A stretch of DNA of 64,000 nucleotides from Gammaproteobacteria bacterium (GTDB taxonomy: Bacteria > Pseudomonadota > Gammaproteobacteria > Eutrophobiales > Eutrophobiaceae). Both the position numbers and the translations under genes were made by a program. Shown one piece after another: positions 50,651 to 62,634 of this stretch. The DNA lies in contig OZ250183.1 in assembly GCA_965238225.1 (NCBI GenBank), positions 672,001 through 736,000 on the forward strand, given 5' to 3'. Below the pieces are notes generated by a model that was not told where the DNA came from, did not search any database, and saw only the letters and a list, made by a program, of their open reading frames with translations. The stretch's first letter is position 1, and every line of letters starts with the position of its first letter.

Positions 50651-52042
50651 ATGAAATATTTACCAATATTTTATGATTTGTCCGTTCTCCCTTGTCTTGT
50701 TGTCGGCGCTGGAGAAATTGCTGCACGCAAGGTTCGACAGTTAAGAAAAGCCGAAGCCAGTGTTACCGTTGTTGCGCCAGATATTTGTGAAGAGTTAAAA
50801 GTTTTGCTAGATGACAATAAGATTAATTATATTTTAGAGCATTTCTCAGAAGAAATGCTTAATGATAAAATGCTGGTGATTGCCGCGACTAATGACGAGG
50901 AGGTAAATGAACAAATTTCAGAGCTTGCCAAGGCGCGAAATATTCCTGTTAATGTGGTTGATAAACCTGAACTGTGTAGCTTTATTATGCCTTCTATTAT
51001 TGACCGTGATCCGATACAAATTGCCATCTCCACAGGCGGCGCATCTCCTGTTTTAGCGCGCTTGCTTCGCGCAAATCTGGAAACATTAATCCCTGCGTCC
51101 TATGGCAGATTGGCTCGATTGATAGCTAAGTTTCGAAGGCATGTCAGGAAACGTTATCCAAAAATGCAAGAGCGACGTAGATTCTGGGAGCACATTTTGC
51201 AAGGCCCTGTGGCTGAAATGCTCTACGCTGGGCAGGATAAAGCGGCCTTAAATGCATTAGAAAAAACATTAAAAGAAGAAGAACCAGTGATTGATAAAGC
51301 AGGCGAAGTCTATCTGGTTGGCGCAGGGCCAGGCGACCCTGATTTATTAACCTTCCGTGCATTAAGACTAATGCAGCAGGCTGAAGTCGTACTTTATGAT
51401 CGATTAGTTGCGCCAGAAATTGTTGATTTGTGCCGTAAAGATGCCGAACGTATTTATGTTGGCAAAAAACGTGATCAACACACCTTACCGCAAACAGAGA
51501 TAAACAAGTTATTGGTAGATTTAGCCAAGCAGGGTAAGCGCGTATTAAGATTAAAAGGCGGCGATCCTTTTATTTTTGGCCGAGGCGGAGAAGAAATAAA
51601 TTTATTGTCTGACGAAAATATTCCTTTTCAGATAATCCCCGGGATTACTGCCGCTTCTGGTTGCGCGAATTATGCGGGGATACCTTTAACGCATCGGGAT
51701 TATGCACATACTTGCGTGTTTATCACTGGTCATTTGAAGGATGGCAGTATGGATTTAAATTGGGACACCTTGGTTCAACCGAAACAAACCATTGCAGTTT
51801 ATATGGGTATTGTAGGTATAAAAGTACTTTGTCTTGGGCTTATAGCACGAGGAATGTCTGAAACGATGCCTGCAGCTCTGATTCAAAAAGGTACAACACA
51901 TGAACAAAAAGTATATATCAGTGATCTCGGAAATTTACCTGATATCCCTAAGCAACATGACATTCGACCGCCGACAATGATCATCATTGGTGAGGTGGTC
52001 AAATTACATGAAAATCTTTCATGGTTTGAGCATAATAAATAA
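50651..52042 (+). CDS. cysG: Siroheme synthase
   Basis: N-terminal dehydrogenase/chelatase (VNVVDKPELCSF) plus methyltransferase (VGAGPGDPDLLT, RLKGGDPFIFGRGGEE). Confidence 0.95.
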   Translation: MKYLPIFYDLSVLPCLVVGAGEIAARKVRQLRKAEASVTVVAPDICEELKVLLDDNKINYILEHFSEEMLNDKMLVIAATNDEEVNEQISELAKARNIPVNVVDKPELCSFIMPSIIDRDPIQIAISTGGASPVLARLLRANLETLIPASYGRLARLIAKFRRHVRKRYPKMQERRRFWEHILQGPVAEMLYAGQDKAALNALEKTLKEEEPVIDKAGEVYLVGAGPGDPDLLTFRALRLMQQAEVVLYDRLVAPEIVDLCRKDAERIYVGKKRDQHTLPQTEINKLLVDLAKQGKRVLRLKGGDPFIFGRGGEEINLLSDENIPFQIIPGITAASGCANYAGIPLTHRDYAHTCVFITGHLKDGSMDLNWDTLVQPKQTIAVYMGIVGIKVLCLGLIARGMSETMPAALIQKGTTHEQKVYISDLGNLPDIPKQHDIRPPTMIIIGEVVKLHENLSWFEHNK

Positions 52043-52051
52043 TATGGATTA

Positions 52052-52216
52052 TTGACCATAACAAGAAAAAACAACTTGCTCCTTAAAAAACCAAAAAAGC
52101 CAGATTTGTCTGAATGTTGTGGGCGTAACTATGAAAACTGTGTCTTCGTCTATTATGAAAAGGTGCTAAACCGCTGGAAAAAGAAATTAGAAGAACTCGA
52201 GACCAATTTTTCTTAG
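52052..52216 (+). CDS. Small Oxidored-like (PF09791-type) protein, 54 aa
   Basis: Hand translation from TTG: ...KKPKKPDLSECCGRNYENCVFVYYEKVLNRWKKK... Confidence 0.55.
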   Translation: MTITRKNNLLLKKPKKPDLSECCGRNYENCVFVYYEKVLNRWKKKLEELETNFS

Positions 52217-52420
52217 TAATGAGGTGGTTTTTCATCCTCAGGATATCCCAATCAGTTTGCTCGCGAGGCTCTCGTATCTCAAGGTAAGTAGCCTCAGATC
52301 TGCTTCTCATTGATTCATTTTTATTGTTATAAACGCACTGTTTTATTGAGTTCTGGAATCAGGTTTTCTTGGTATGCAAGTTTTTGTTTCAATATCAATG
52401 AACCGCTGATTACCCATATT

Positions 52421-53326
52421 TTATGTTTGCCTATTAACTATACTTCCTGCTACTTCCAGTGCCTCTATCCGTTTCTCCAAAGGTGGGTGACTCATAAACA
52501 GGTTTTTAAATCTGCCGCCGCCACTCCCTGAAATCCCGAAAGAAGAAAATTCTCCGGGCAAATCTTGCGGGTCGCTGCCCATTTGTAAACGCTTTAAAGC
52601 TGCAATCATTTTTTGTTTGCCTACAAGCTCACCTGCCCCGGCATCAGCACGAAACTCACGCCAACGGGAGAACCACATAACAATAATGCTTGCGAATATA
52701 GACAACACTATTTGCGCGATAATGGAAGTAACGTAATAGCCGATGCCTAGACCACTTCTTGTTTTAAAAATGACTCGATCGATGAAAAAGCCGATAACGC
52801 GTGATAAAAAAATAACAAAGGTATTAATCACACCTTGTATCAACCCCATCGTAATCATATCGCCGTTACTCACATGACTAACTTCATGAGCAAGCACTGC
52901 TTCGACTTCATCTTTTGTCATGTGTTGAAGCAGTCCCGTACTCACTGCAACCAGCGCATTATTGCGGTTTATGCCTGTGGCAAAGGCATTTACTTGAGGA
53001 GACTCAAATATACCGACTTCGGGCATCCCAATATCCGCTTTCTTTGCCTGTTGTGAGACAGTATTAACCAGCCATTCTTCATTTTGATTATTAGCCGTCT
53101 TAATCACATGAACGCCCATACTTTTTTTGGCCGCCCATTTGGAGATTGCAAGCGAGATAAAGGATCCGCTAAAACCAATCACAGCAGACATAAGCAGCAA
53201 TGCATTAAGATTAAGGTCAACACCGTTGTTGTCTAATATGCCCTCGATCCCAAGTATCTGGAAAGTAATGCTGACGAGTACCAAGATAGCGGCATTAGTG
53301 GCTAGAAATAATCCTATGCGCATCAT
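52421..53326 (-). CDS. htpX: Protease HtpX
   Basis: NAFATG, AHEVSH, SRWREFRAD and SHPPL motifs. Confidence 0.95.
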   Translation of the reverse strand: MMRIGLFLATNAAILVLVSITFQILGIEGILDNNGVDLNLNALLLMSAVIGFSGSFISLAISKWAAKKSMGVHVIKTANNQNEEWLVNTVSQQAKKADIGMPEVGIFESPQVNAFATGINRNNALVAVSTGLLQHMTKDEVEAVLAHEVSHVSNGDMITMGLIQGVINTFVIFLSRVIGFFIDRVIFKTRSGLGIGYYVTSIIAQIVLSIFASIIVMWFSRWREFRADAGAGELVGKQKMIAALKRLQMGSDPQDLPGEFSSFGISGSGGGRFKNLFMSHPPLEKRIEALEVAGSIVNRQT

Positions 53327-53463
53327 TTTATTTATCTCCCAGAAGACTATTATATATCAATAATAAGGTTCATCTTACATATCACTGAGCTATAGTATAT
53401 TCTGCCTGTTCAAAATCTTCACCAAGAAGCTAGCGAATTAATACAAAAAAGTGAATATAAGCA

Positions 53464-53946
53464 ATGAGTAAAAAGAGCCCTATTCCTCGAGGATTCCTGA
53501 AAAATCCAATTCACCTTCTTGCTTTGGGGTTTGGCACAGGCTGTGTGCCAAAAATACCTGGAACCATAGGTACGCTAGTGGGCGTTTTATTTTATTTGTT
53601 GATAGTTTATCTGCCATGGTCTGTTTATATTGGTGTCACCACCTGTTTGTTTTTATTAGGTGTTTGGTTATGCGATGTCACCGCGAATCACCTGAACGTG
53701 CATGACCACAGCGGCATTGTTTGGGATGAGATTGTTGGTTTTCTTATCACCATGATTATGGTTCCTCCTGATTGGCAATTTGTACTGCTGGGGTTTATTT
53801 TATTTCGTTTATTTGATATTTGTAAGCCGTGGCCGATTCATTGGCTAGATCGCAAGGTTTCTGGCGGTTTTGGGATCATGCTGGATGATGTTTTAGCAGG
53901 GATTTATTCTTTAATAATACTTCAAATAATCATTTATTTATTATAA
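53464..53946 (+). CDS. pgpA: Phosphatidylglycerophosphatase A
   Basis: PGTIGTL, HDHSGIVWDE, FRLFDI.KPWPI and GIMLDD. Confidence 0.93.
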   Translation: MSKKSPIPRGFLKNPIHLLALGFGTGCVPKIPGTIGTLVGVLFYLLIVYLPWSVYIGVTTCLFLLGVWLCDVTANHLNVHDHSGIVWDEIVGFLITMIMVPPDWQFVLLGFILFRLFDICKPWPIHWLDRKVSGGFGIMLDDVLAGIYSLIILQIIIYLL

Positions 53947-53980
53947 TGTTACGCCTCATTTAGAAAAAAATAGTTTAAAT

Positions 53981-54601
53981 ATGCGATTTCACCAAACATT
54001 AAATTTTCTTATATTCGCTGTGTGTGTCTTCATCATAGCGCCGCAGGCGTATGCAGATATCTATAAATACACAGACAAACACGGCCGTGTAATCCTGACT
54101 GATGCCAAAAAAAGTAGTCAATACGTCAAATTGGTAAAAACATGGAAAGGCTGGGTGCCTTCGAAAATAGACTCCTCAGGGTATAAAAATCTTGAGAAAA
54201 ACAGGAGAAAGTATTCAAATAGAATCAGTGTTATTGCTAAACGCTATAAATTACCGAAGTCTCTTATTCATGCGGTGATTACTGCGGAGTCGGCTTATGA
54301 CGTTAAAGCTGTTTCTCGCGCAGGTGCTGTAGGGTTAATGCAGCTCATGCCTGATACTGCAAAACGCTATGGCGTTAAGGATATATATAATCCTTACGAA
54401 AATATTAATGGTGGATCACAGTATTTGCGTGATCTGTTAGTTTTGTACGATAACGATTTGCGTTTGGCATTAGCAGCGTACAACGCTGGAGAAGGTGCCG
54501 TTAAACAATATAACAACAAAATTCCCCCTTACAAAGAGACCCGGAATTATGTAAAAAAAGTGATTGCCTATTACAAGCAATATAAGAAGTTGATGGGCTA
54601 G
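53981..54601 (+). CDS. DUF4124 + SLT lytic transglycosylase
   Basis: ADIYKYTDKHG; AESAY, GAVGLMQLMP, AAYNAGEG and ETRNYV. Confidence 0.88.
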   Translation: MRFHQTLNFLIFAVCVFIIAPQAYADIYKYTDKHGRVILTDAKKSSQYVKLVKTWKGWVPSKIDSSGYKNLEKNRRKYSNRISVIAKRYKLPKSLIHAVITAESAYDVKAVSRAGAVGLMQLMPDTAKRYGVKDIYNPYENINGGSQYLRDLLVLYDNDLRLALAAYNAGEGAVKQYNNKIPPYKETRNYVKKVIAYYKQYKKLMG

Positions 54602-54752
54602 CAGAGTCAGGTAAGCCAAGGTTGACCAGTCATTCGTATTCTACGAGTTAGTCAATGATTAATCATTAGGCAAATCTTCTGCCAATTTCTGGTGAATTTA
54701 ATATTATTATTTTTTAAGGTTTTAGTTCCTTCATTTTTTATCAAGCTGGAAA

Positions 54753-55328
54753 TTAGTGTTTTTTTATTATGGCATAGAGTGCACCCGTACCACCATCAAA
54801 AGAGGGTGCAGAGCAGAATGCCAGAATTGAATCATAGTGTTGTAACCAGTTATTCAATTTGTTTTTTAATACAGGGATATTATTTTCTGAGCTATTACCT
54901 TTGCCGTGAATAATTCTTACATAGCGACAGTTTTTTAGTTGGCAGTGCGAAAGAAAATTATTTAATTCTTGTTTGGCTACATTAACAGTCATACCGTGAA
55001 GGTCTAATTCGGATTCTATCGGCAACTGACCACGACAAAGCTTACGCATGATTTTTTTCTGTATACCATTTCCTCTAAAATAGAGTTTGTCGTTAATCTC
55101 AACATCTTCAATATTGGTCAGATCATTAGTTGTTTTATTGTATGTCGTTTGCTTGCTAATATTTTTTTGAGTTGAGGTAATCTGATTCGGAACAGTTTGA
55201 TTTATAACAGGCGCAGGTTTGGGTGTAGATAAATTCACACCATCGTGCTCTACTGTGTCCACAGTGCCGACTGTTTGGCGAAATAGTTCACTGTCTTCTT
55301 TTGTCACGCCTTTTGCATTAGACATCAT
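54753..55328 (-). CDS. Smr/MutS2 C-terminal domain protein
   Basis: LDLHG, IIHGKG and GGTGA motifs. Confidence 0.88.
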   Translation of the reverse strand: MMSNAKGVTKEDSELFRQTVGTVDTVEHDGVNLSTPKPAPVINQTVPNQITSTQKNISKQTTYNKTTNDLTNIEDVEINDKLYFRGNGIQKKIMRKLCRGQLPIESELDLHGMTVNVAKQELNNFLSHCQLKNCRYVRIIHGKGNSSENNIPVLKNKLNNWLQHYDSILAFCSAPSFDGGTGALYAIIKKH

Positions 55329-55462
55329 TTACCCGTTGTATATATTCTCATTGTCTATATTCATGGTATGTCAGTTTATATCGGATTGTAAGATAAAAAG
55401 TATTTTTAGATAAACATTATAATAAAGTAAAAAAATTTACCTTATACGAACGATCCAATATA

Positions 55463-58400
55463 TCAAGCAACCCACTGGCGCGCGTTATAAAATATTCTCA
55501 TCCATGGCCCGTTCTCGGCATCCCATGAATCGGGTAGCCACGAATATTGTTTTTTCAAAAAAACTCTTTCAGGGTGTGGCATCATGATGGTGAAACGACC
55601 ATCTCTTGTGGTAAATCCTGTCTGACCCTTGGGCGATCCATTAGGGTTCATAGGATAGATCTCGGTAACATTAGCTTTATAGTCAACATATTGCATTATC
55701 GCAATTGCCTTATTTGCTGATTGTTTGTCTTGATGCGCGACGCGACCTTCCCCATGTGCAACAACGATAGGTAGTTTGGAATGTTGCATATCTGTTAAAA
55801 ATATAGACGGTGAGCTGAGTATTTTTATCATGATCAATCGTGCTTCGAATTGCTCAGAGACATTGCGATTAAAAACAGGCCAATGTTCTGCTCCGGGGAT
55901 AATGTTTTTTAAATGAGAGAACATCTGGCAGCCGTTACACACACCAAGACCAAAGCTATCTTGTCTTTCAAAGAATGACTGAAATTCGTTACGTGCTATT
56001 TCATTAAATAAAATAGAGTTTGCCCAGCCTCGTCCGGCACCGAGGACATCACCATAAGAAAACCCACCGCACGCAGCTAAGCCTTTAAATGATTTAAGTG
56101 ACACTGTACCTGCAATGATATCACTCATATGAACGTCAATACATTCAAACTCAGCATGATGAAATGCTGCGGCCATTTCAACCTGCCCATTGATACCTTG
56201 CTCACGCAAAATAGCTATTTTTGGTTTTACACCAGTGTTTATGTAGTGTGCATGAATCTTTTCGTCTGCATCAAATTTAGTATCTACAAATAAACCATTA
56301 TCATCTTTTTCAAGCAAACGGTCATATTCCTGTTTGGCAGAGATAGGGTTGTCTCTTAACGCTTGCATCCTGAAAGTTGTTTCAGACCATGAACGATGTA
56401 GTGAAAGAATTCCTTCTGAAAAAATAGTTTTATTATTTTTAATTATTCTTAGTTGGCGATCTTGATTTAGTGTTCCAATATCATGAATATTTTTTTGTAG
56501 AGATTCTGAATCTTTAAATACTTTATAAACTTCTTGTATATCTTCAGAGCGTATTTGTATAACAGCGCCTAATTCTTCGTTGAATAAAGCTGCAATTATT
56601 TCGCACGAAAAATCCAGATTAATGTTGATACCTTTACGCGCTGCAAAAGCCATTTCACATAGTGTGGCAAATAACCCGCCATCAGAGCGATCGTGATATG
56701 CTAGAATAATACCTGCTTCATTTAACAATTGAATTGATCTGAAAAACACTTTTAGATCATGAGGGTTTTCAATATTAGGCGTGTTACCAGAGATTTTCTG
56801 ATAAACCTGAGTTAAACAGGAACCACCTAAACGATTCTTTCCAAGACCTAAGTCAATCAATAATAATCGTGTTTCCTCTTGATTAATCTTGAGTTCTGGG
56901 GTGAGAGATTGGCGCACGTCAATGACAGGTGAAAATGCTGCAATGGTTAATGACAGCGGTGAAGTGACTTGTTTTTTTTTGTCAGAATCTTGGTGAGACC
57001 ACACCGTGTTCATTGATAGAGAATCTTTACCTACTGGAATACATATCCCAAGTTCCTGGCAGAGTTCGCTAACAGCATGCACTGTGTTAAAGAGTTTTAC
57101 ATCTTCATCACCTTGTCCGCAGGCGGCCATCCAGTTTGCAGAGAAAACAATATCTTCCATTTGAAGAATTCTTGCAGCGGCAATGTTTGTGATTGCCTCA
57201 CCAATAGCCATTCGTCCGGAAGCGGGCGCATCAATTAATGCAATGGGCGCACGTTCGCCTATCGCCATGGCTTCTCCTGTATAGGCATCAAAAGAACTGG
57301 TTGTGATGGCGCAATCCGCAATAGGTGTTTGCCATGCGCCGACCATTTGATCCCGTATAACCAGACCGGAAACAGAACGATCACCAATGGTAATCAGAAA
57401 ACTTTTGTCTGCCACAACAGGTAGATGCAATATTCTGTGAGCAGAATCTTTTATATTTAAGGTTTCACTTTTAAATTTATTATAAGTTTGCATCTGTGTT
57501 TGAGCTGTTCTCCTCAAACGAGGTATCTTGCCTAGTAATAATGACAAAGGTAAATCAACAGCTTTGTTGTTAAATAGTTCATCATTCAAAGTCAGGCTCT
57601 GTTCTTTGGTAGTTTCACCAAGAATTGCAAAAGGTGCACGTTCACGTTCGCAAAGATGACTGAAACATTCGATAGATTCTGAAGCTATGGCGAGGACATA
57701 GCGTTCCTGAGATTCGTTGCACCAGATGGCCATGGGTGACATTCCCGGCTCATCATTGGGGATCTTGCGTAATTCAAATGTTGCGCCCCGCTGATTGTCA
57801 TTGATCAATTCCAAAAGCGCATTTGACAAGCCTCCTGCACCGACATCGTGAATAGAAATGATTGGATTTGATTCGTTCAATGCCAAGCAGGCATCAATAA
57901 CCTCCTGACAACGTCGTTGTATTTCCGGGTTCTCTCTTTGTACGGAAGCAAAATCAAGATTCTCTCTACTTTTACCTGAGGTCATCGATGATGCAGACCC
58001 CCCTCCAATCCCGATAAGCATCGCAGGGCCGCCAAGGACGATTATTTTTGCAGCAGCAGGAATATTACCTTTTTCAATATGCGCATTTCTAATCATTCCA
58101 TAACCGCCTGCGAGCATAATGGGTTTATGGTAGCCACGGATGATTTGGCACTTTGCTTCTTTTTGTTCGTAGCTACGGAAATAGCCAGCAAGTGCAGGCC
58201 TGCCAAATTCATTGTTGAATGATGCTGCACCTATGGAACCTTCCAACATAATATCTAGGGCAGAGGCTATGCGGTAAGGTTTGTCGTGGTCGATTTCCCA
58301 AGCCTGATGAAAATCAGGAATGTTGAGATTTGATACAGAAAAACCAGTCAGACATGCCTTTGGTTTTGCGCCACGACCTGTCGCAGCTTCATCTCTGATT

Positions 58401-59359
58401 TCCCCACCAGAACCTGTCGATGCCCCGGCGTAAGGAGAGATGGCTGTGGGATGGTTATGTGTTTCTACCTTCATCAAAATATGGACATCTTCCTCGATCA
58501 CTTGATATTGATGTGACTTAGGATTTGGAAAAAATCTAGATGCAGAATAACCTGTGGTGACTGCAGAATTATCACTGTATGCAGATAATACTTTGCCAGG
58601 ATTTTTTTGATGAGTTTGTCGAATCATATCGAAGAGAGAGTCGTTTTTGTGTTTTCCATCAATAATCCATTCAGAATTAAATATTTTGTGGCGGCAGTGC
58701 TCAGAATTTGCCTGCGCAAACATCATCAGTTCCACATCGGTAGGATTGCGACCAAGTTCTTTGAAACTATTTAACAAATAATCAATTTCTAGTGCCGAGA
58801 GTGCCAGTCCCATTTCAATATTGGATTGTTCCAGTGTTTTTTTACCTGATGCCAATAGGTTTATAGTTTTAAGGGCGGCAGCATTTGATGTTTGGAAAAG
58901 AATCTGCGCCTGATCAATATCATTCATTACCATTTCGGTCATGCGATCATGGAGAACAGGTGTAATAAGTCTAATATCTGAGCCGCTTATCTTTAAACCA
59001 TCAGAACCAAATATACGCCAAGCAATACCTCTTTCTACGCGCAGGATATTATTCATTCTACAATTTTTAAGGATATCGCTTGCTTTGCTTGACCAAGGGG
59101 AAATGGTGCCAGATCTTGGTGTTACCAAAACGAAAGTAGATGCTGTTTCATCTTCCTGCTGAGGATATTCTTGCTCGGATCCAAGTAGAATAATATTGAG
59201 TTGCGCGATTTCACTCGTCTCAAGTTTGTTTCGAGAGTGAATGAAATAAATGAATTGGCTGTCTATGTATGCAACGTTGGGTACTTTTTGTTTTACAGTG
59301 GAAAGTATCTTGTTAATTCTAAATTCGGAAAGAGCGACCTTGCCGCGGAAAATATGCAT
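55463..59359 (-). CDS. purL: Phosphoribosylformylglycinamidine synthase (large form)
   Basis: NSEHCRHKIFN, KVETHNHPT, GVCNGCQ and MMPHPER. Confidence 0.98.
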   Translation of the reverse strand: MHIFRGKVALSEFRINKILSTVKQKVPNVAYIDSQFIYFIHSRNKLETSEIAQLNIILLGSEQEYPQQEDETASTFVLVTPRSGTISPWSSKASDILKNCRMNNILRVERGIAWRIFGSDGLKISGSDIRLITPVLHDRMTEMVMNDIDQAQILFQTSNAAALKTINLLASGKKTLEQSNIEMGLALSALEIDYLLNSFKELGRNPTDVELMMFAQANSEHCRHKIFNSEWIIDGKHKNDSLFDMIRQTHQKNPGKVLSAYSDNSAVTTGYSASRFFPNPKSHQYQVIEEDVHILMKVETHNHPTAISPYAGASTGSGGEIRDEAATGRGAKPKACLTGFSVSNLNIPDFHQAWEIDHDKPYRIASALDIMLEGSIGAASFNNEFGRPALAGYFRSYEQKEAKCQIIRGYHKPIMLAGGYGMIRNAHIEKGNIPAAAKIIVLGGPAMLIGIGGGSASSMTSGKSRENLDFASVQRENPEIQRRCQEVIDACLALNESNPIISIHDVGAGGLSNALLELINDNQRGATFELRKIPNDEPGMSPMAIWCNESQERYVLAIASESIECFSHLCERERAPFAILGETTKEQSLTLNDELFNNKAVDLPLSLLLGKIPRLRRTAQTQMQTYNKFKSETLNIKDSAHRILHLPVVADKSFLITIGDRSVSGLVIRDQMVGAWQTPIADCAITTSSFDAYTGEAMAIGERAPIALIDAPASGRMAIGEAITNIAAARILQMEDIVFSANWMAACGQGDEDVKLFNTVHAVSELCQELGICIPVGKDSLSMNTVWSHQDSDKKKQVTSPLSLTIAAFSPVIDVRQSLTPELKINQEETRLLLIDLGLGKNRLGGSCLTQVYQKISGNTPNIENPHDLKVFFRSIQLLNEAGIILAYHDRSDGGLFATLCEMAFAARKGININLDFSCEIIAALFNEELGAVIQIRSEDIQEVYKVFKDSESLQKNIHDIGTLNQDRQLRIIKNNKTIFSEGILSLHRSWSETTFRMQALRDNPISAKQEYDRLLEKDDNGLFVDTKFDADEKIHAHYINTGVKPKIAILREQGINGQVEMAAAFHHAEFECIDVHMSDIIAGTVSLKSFKGLAACGGFSYGDVLGAGRGWANSILFNEIARNEFQSFFERQDSFGLGVCNGCQMFSHLKNIIPGAEHWPVFNRNVSEQFEARLIMIKILSSPSIFLTDMQHSKLPIVVAHGEGRVAHQDKQSANKAIAIMQYVDYKANVTEIYPMNPNGSPKGQTGFTTRDGRFTIMMPHPERVFLKKQYSWLPDSWDAENGPWMRIFYNARQWVA

Positions 59360-59474
59360 CTAGTTTGAAATGATTTTCTAATTTAAAACGATTCTAAGGG
59401 TAGTTTCAGAAGATGTCAGTGTAGCAGTAAACAAAGGCAATGATCAGCTTGTAAATTTTTTTCATGCTTTTTTG

Positions 59475-59992
59475 TTACAATATCACGTTTCTCAAATCTG
59501 GATCAGATGTTGCCATTTGCCACATCTCTGAAAATTGCCTGAGCAGATTGTTAGAGTGGCGGCGGTCTTTAAAATTTTCTGTGCCTTCGTAGTAATTTCC
59601 GTTATTCTTGCGAATATAGCCCATCGCATCTGCCACCATCAGGCAGCTATTATAATCATCATATGAGTAATGTGCTTTTCGTAACTCGATAAAGGAGCTT
59701 AATTTTCCAGATAATTCGAGCAAACGACACCCGTGTTTTATAATAGCGGCGGGTTCAAAGATGATAATCTAAATTATGGTACGTTTGTGAAGAAGCGCAA
59801 GATATTTTACTGCACCGACAAACTCTTTAAAGAAGTGCCAAATATAACCGAGTCTAGTGTTCTGCTAATAATATTCAGGCTGTTTTGACATTGTTCTGTC
59901 ATATGTCTGGCAATGGTAATATTTTCAGTGCGGTTTTCAAGCTGCAAGACTTTATCAGTTTTCCCAAGCTGATAACTTTCAATATCACGCAT
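59475..59992 (-). pseudogene. Conserved hypothetical (DUF7931-like, often GNAT-associated) gene with a frameshift and a stop codon
   Basis: MRDIESYQLG...SRTLDSVIFG / KEFVGAVKYLALLHKRTII*IIIFEP...HGCRLLELSGKLSSFIELR...FSEMWQMATSDPDLR; frameshift near 59830, TAG at 59769-59771; family name recalled, not searched. Confidence 0.55.
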
Positions 59993-60023
59993 AGTTTGAT
60001 ACTCTTTTAAGACATACGCATAG

Positions 60024-61409
<1,386 letters not shown>

Positions 61410-61537
61410 TTAGTGTTTCCCATGCGCCTAAATAGATTTTCAATATCTAATATGCAAGCATTCTATACCCAAACCACTTGAAAACCTGTATTTCTACAGT
61501 GGTTTAAGGCGTAAATTTTTGTTGTTTATGGATTTGT

Positions 61538-62578
61538 TTATGGACATGGATTTGGTTGCCTGTTATGGATATTGTCAATTTCACGCAAAACATCCTTGGA
61601 AAGACTGATATTTGCGCTTTCGATATTTGATTTCAGTTGAATCATATTTGTTGCACCAATAATATTACTACTTAGAAATGGACGAGAATTAACAAAGGCC
61701 AGCGCCATTTGTGCAGGGTTCAGTCCGCTGGCTTTTGCAAGATCAACATAGGCCTTCGTGCAGGCGATTCCATTTTCATTGATATATCGGGAAAACTGTT
61801 TAAATAATGTGATTCGTGCACCCTCAGGTTTTGCGTTATTTAGATATTTCCCGCTCAAAACGCCAAAAGCCAAGGGTGAATAGGCCAGTAAGCCAACATC
61901 TTCACGGTGTGAAAATTCTGACAAACCAACCTCAAAACTGCGGTTTAATAAATTATAAGGATTTTGTATTGAAACAATTCTGGGAAAGTGTTTGTCAGTT
62001 GCTACCCGTAAATATTCTGAAACGCCCCAAGCTGTTTCATTAGAGATGCCAACATACCTTATCTTACCAGCTTGCACTAGATTACCCAGCACACCGAGCG
62101 TTTCTTCAATCGGCACGCCATCTTTATTGGGGGTATGATAGTAGCCTAGTTTGCCGAAATAATTAGTATCTCGCTCTGGCCAATGTAATTGGTACACGTC
62201 AAGGTAATCTGTTTGTAATCTTTTTAAACTGTCATTCAAGGCAGTTTCAATATTTTCTCGGTCTAGTTTGACCTTGTTGTTTCTAATATAAGGTATCCAG
62301 TCTGCTGAGGCACAAACTTTAGACGCAATGACTAATTTATCGCGGTTTTTTCGTTTATTTAACCAATTACCCAAATAGGTTTCCGTTCTGCCTTGGGTTT
62401 CTTCCATGGTTGCGATTGGGTAGAGTTCTGCGGTATCGATAAAGTTAATCCCTGAATCAACAGCATAATCCAGTTGTTCGTAGGCTTCAGTTTCAGTGTT
62501 TTGTTCGCCCCATGTCATGCTACCAAGACAAAGCAGGCTTACTTCAATATCAGTTCGCCCCAAGCGTTTATATTTCAT
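61538..62578 (-). CDS. tas: NADP(H)-dependent aldo-keto reductase (Tas-like)
   Basis: LGSMTWGEQN, DTAELY, YQLHWP and LAYSPLAFG. Confidence 0.88.
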   Translation of the reverse strand: MKYKRLGRTDIEVSLLCLGSMTWGEQNTETEAYEQLDYAVDSGINFIDTAELYPIATMEETQGRTETYLGNWLNKRKNRDKLVIASKVCASADWIPYIRNNKVKLDRENIETALNDSLKRLQTDYLDVYQLHWPERDTNYFGKLGYYHTPNKDGVPIEETLGVLGNLVQAGKIRYVGISNETAWGVSEYLRVATDKHFPRIVSIQNPYNLLNRSFEVGLSEFSHREDVGLLAYSPLAFGVLSGKYLNNAKPEGARITLFKQFSRYINENGIACTKAYVDLAKASGLNPAQMALAFVNSRPFLSSNIIGATNMIQLKSNIESANISLSKDVLREIDNIHNRQPNPCP

Positions 62579-62634
62579 AATAGTGATAACACAATCTCAG
62601 ACAAAAGAAAGCACAGTATGATACCTTAAAACGT

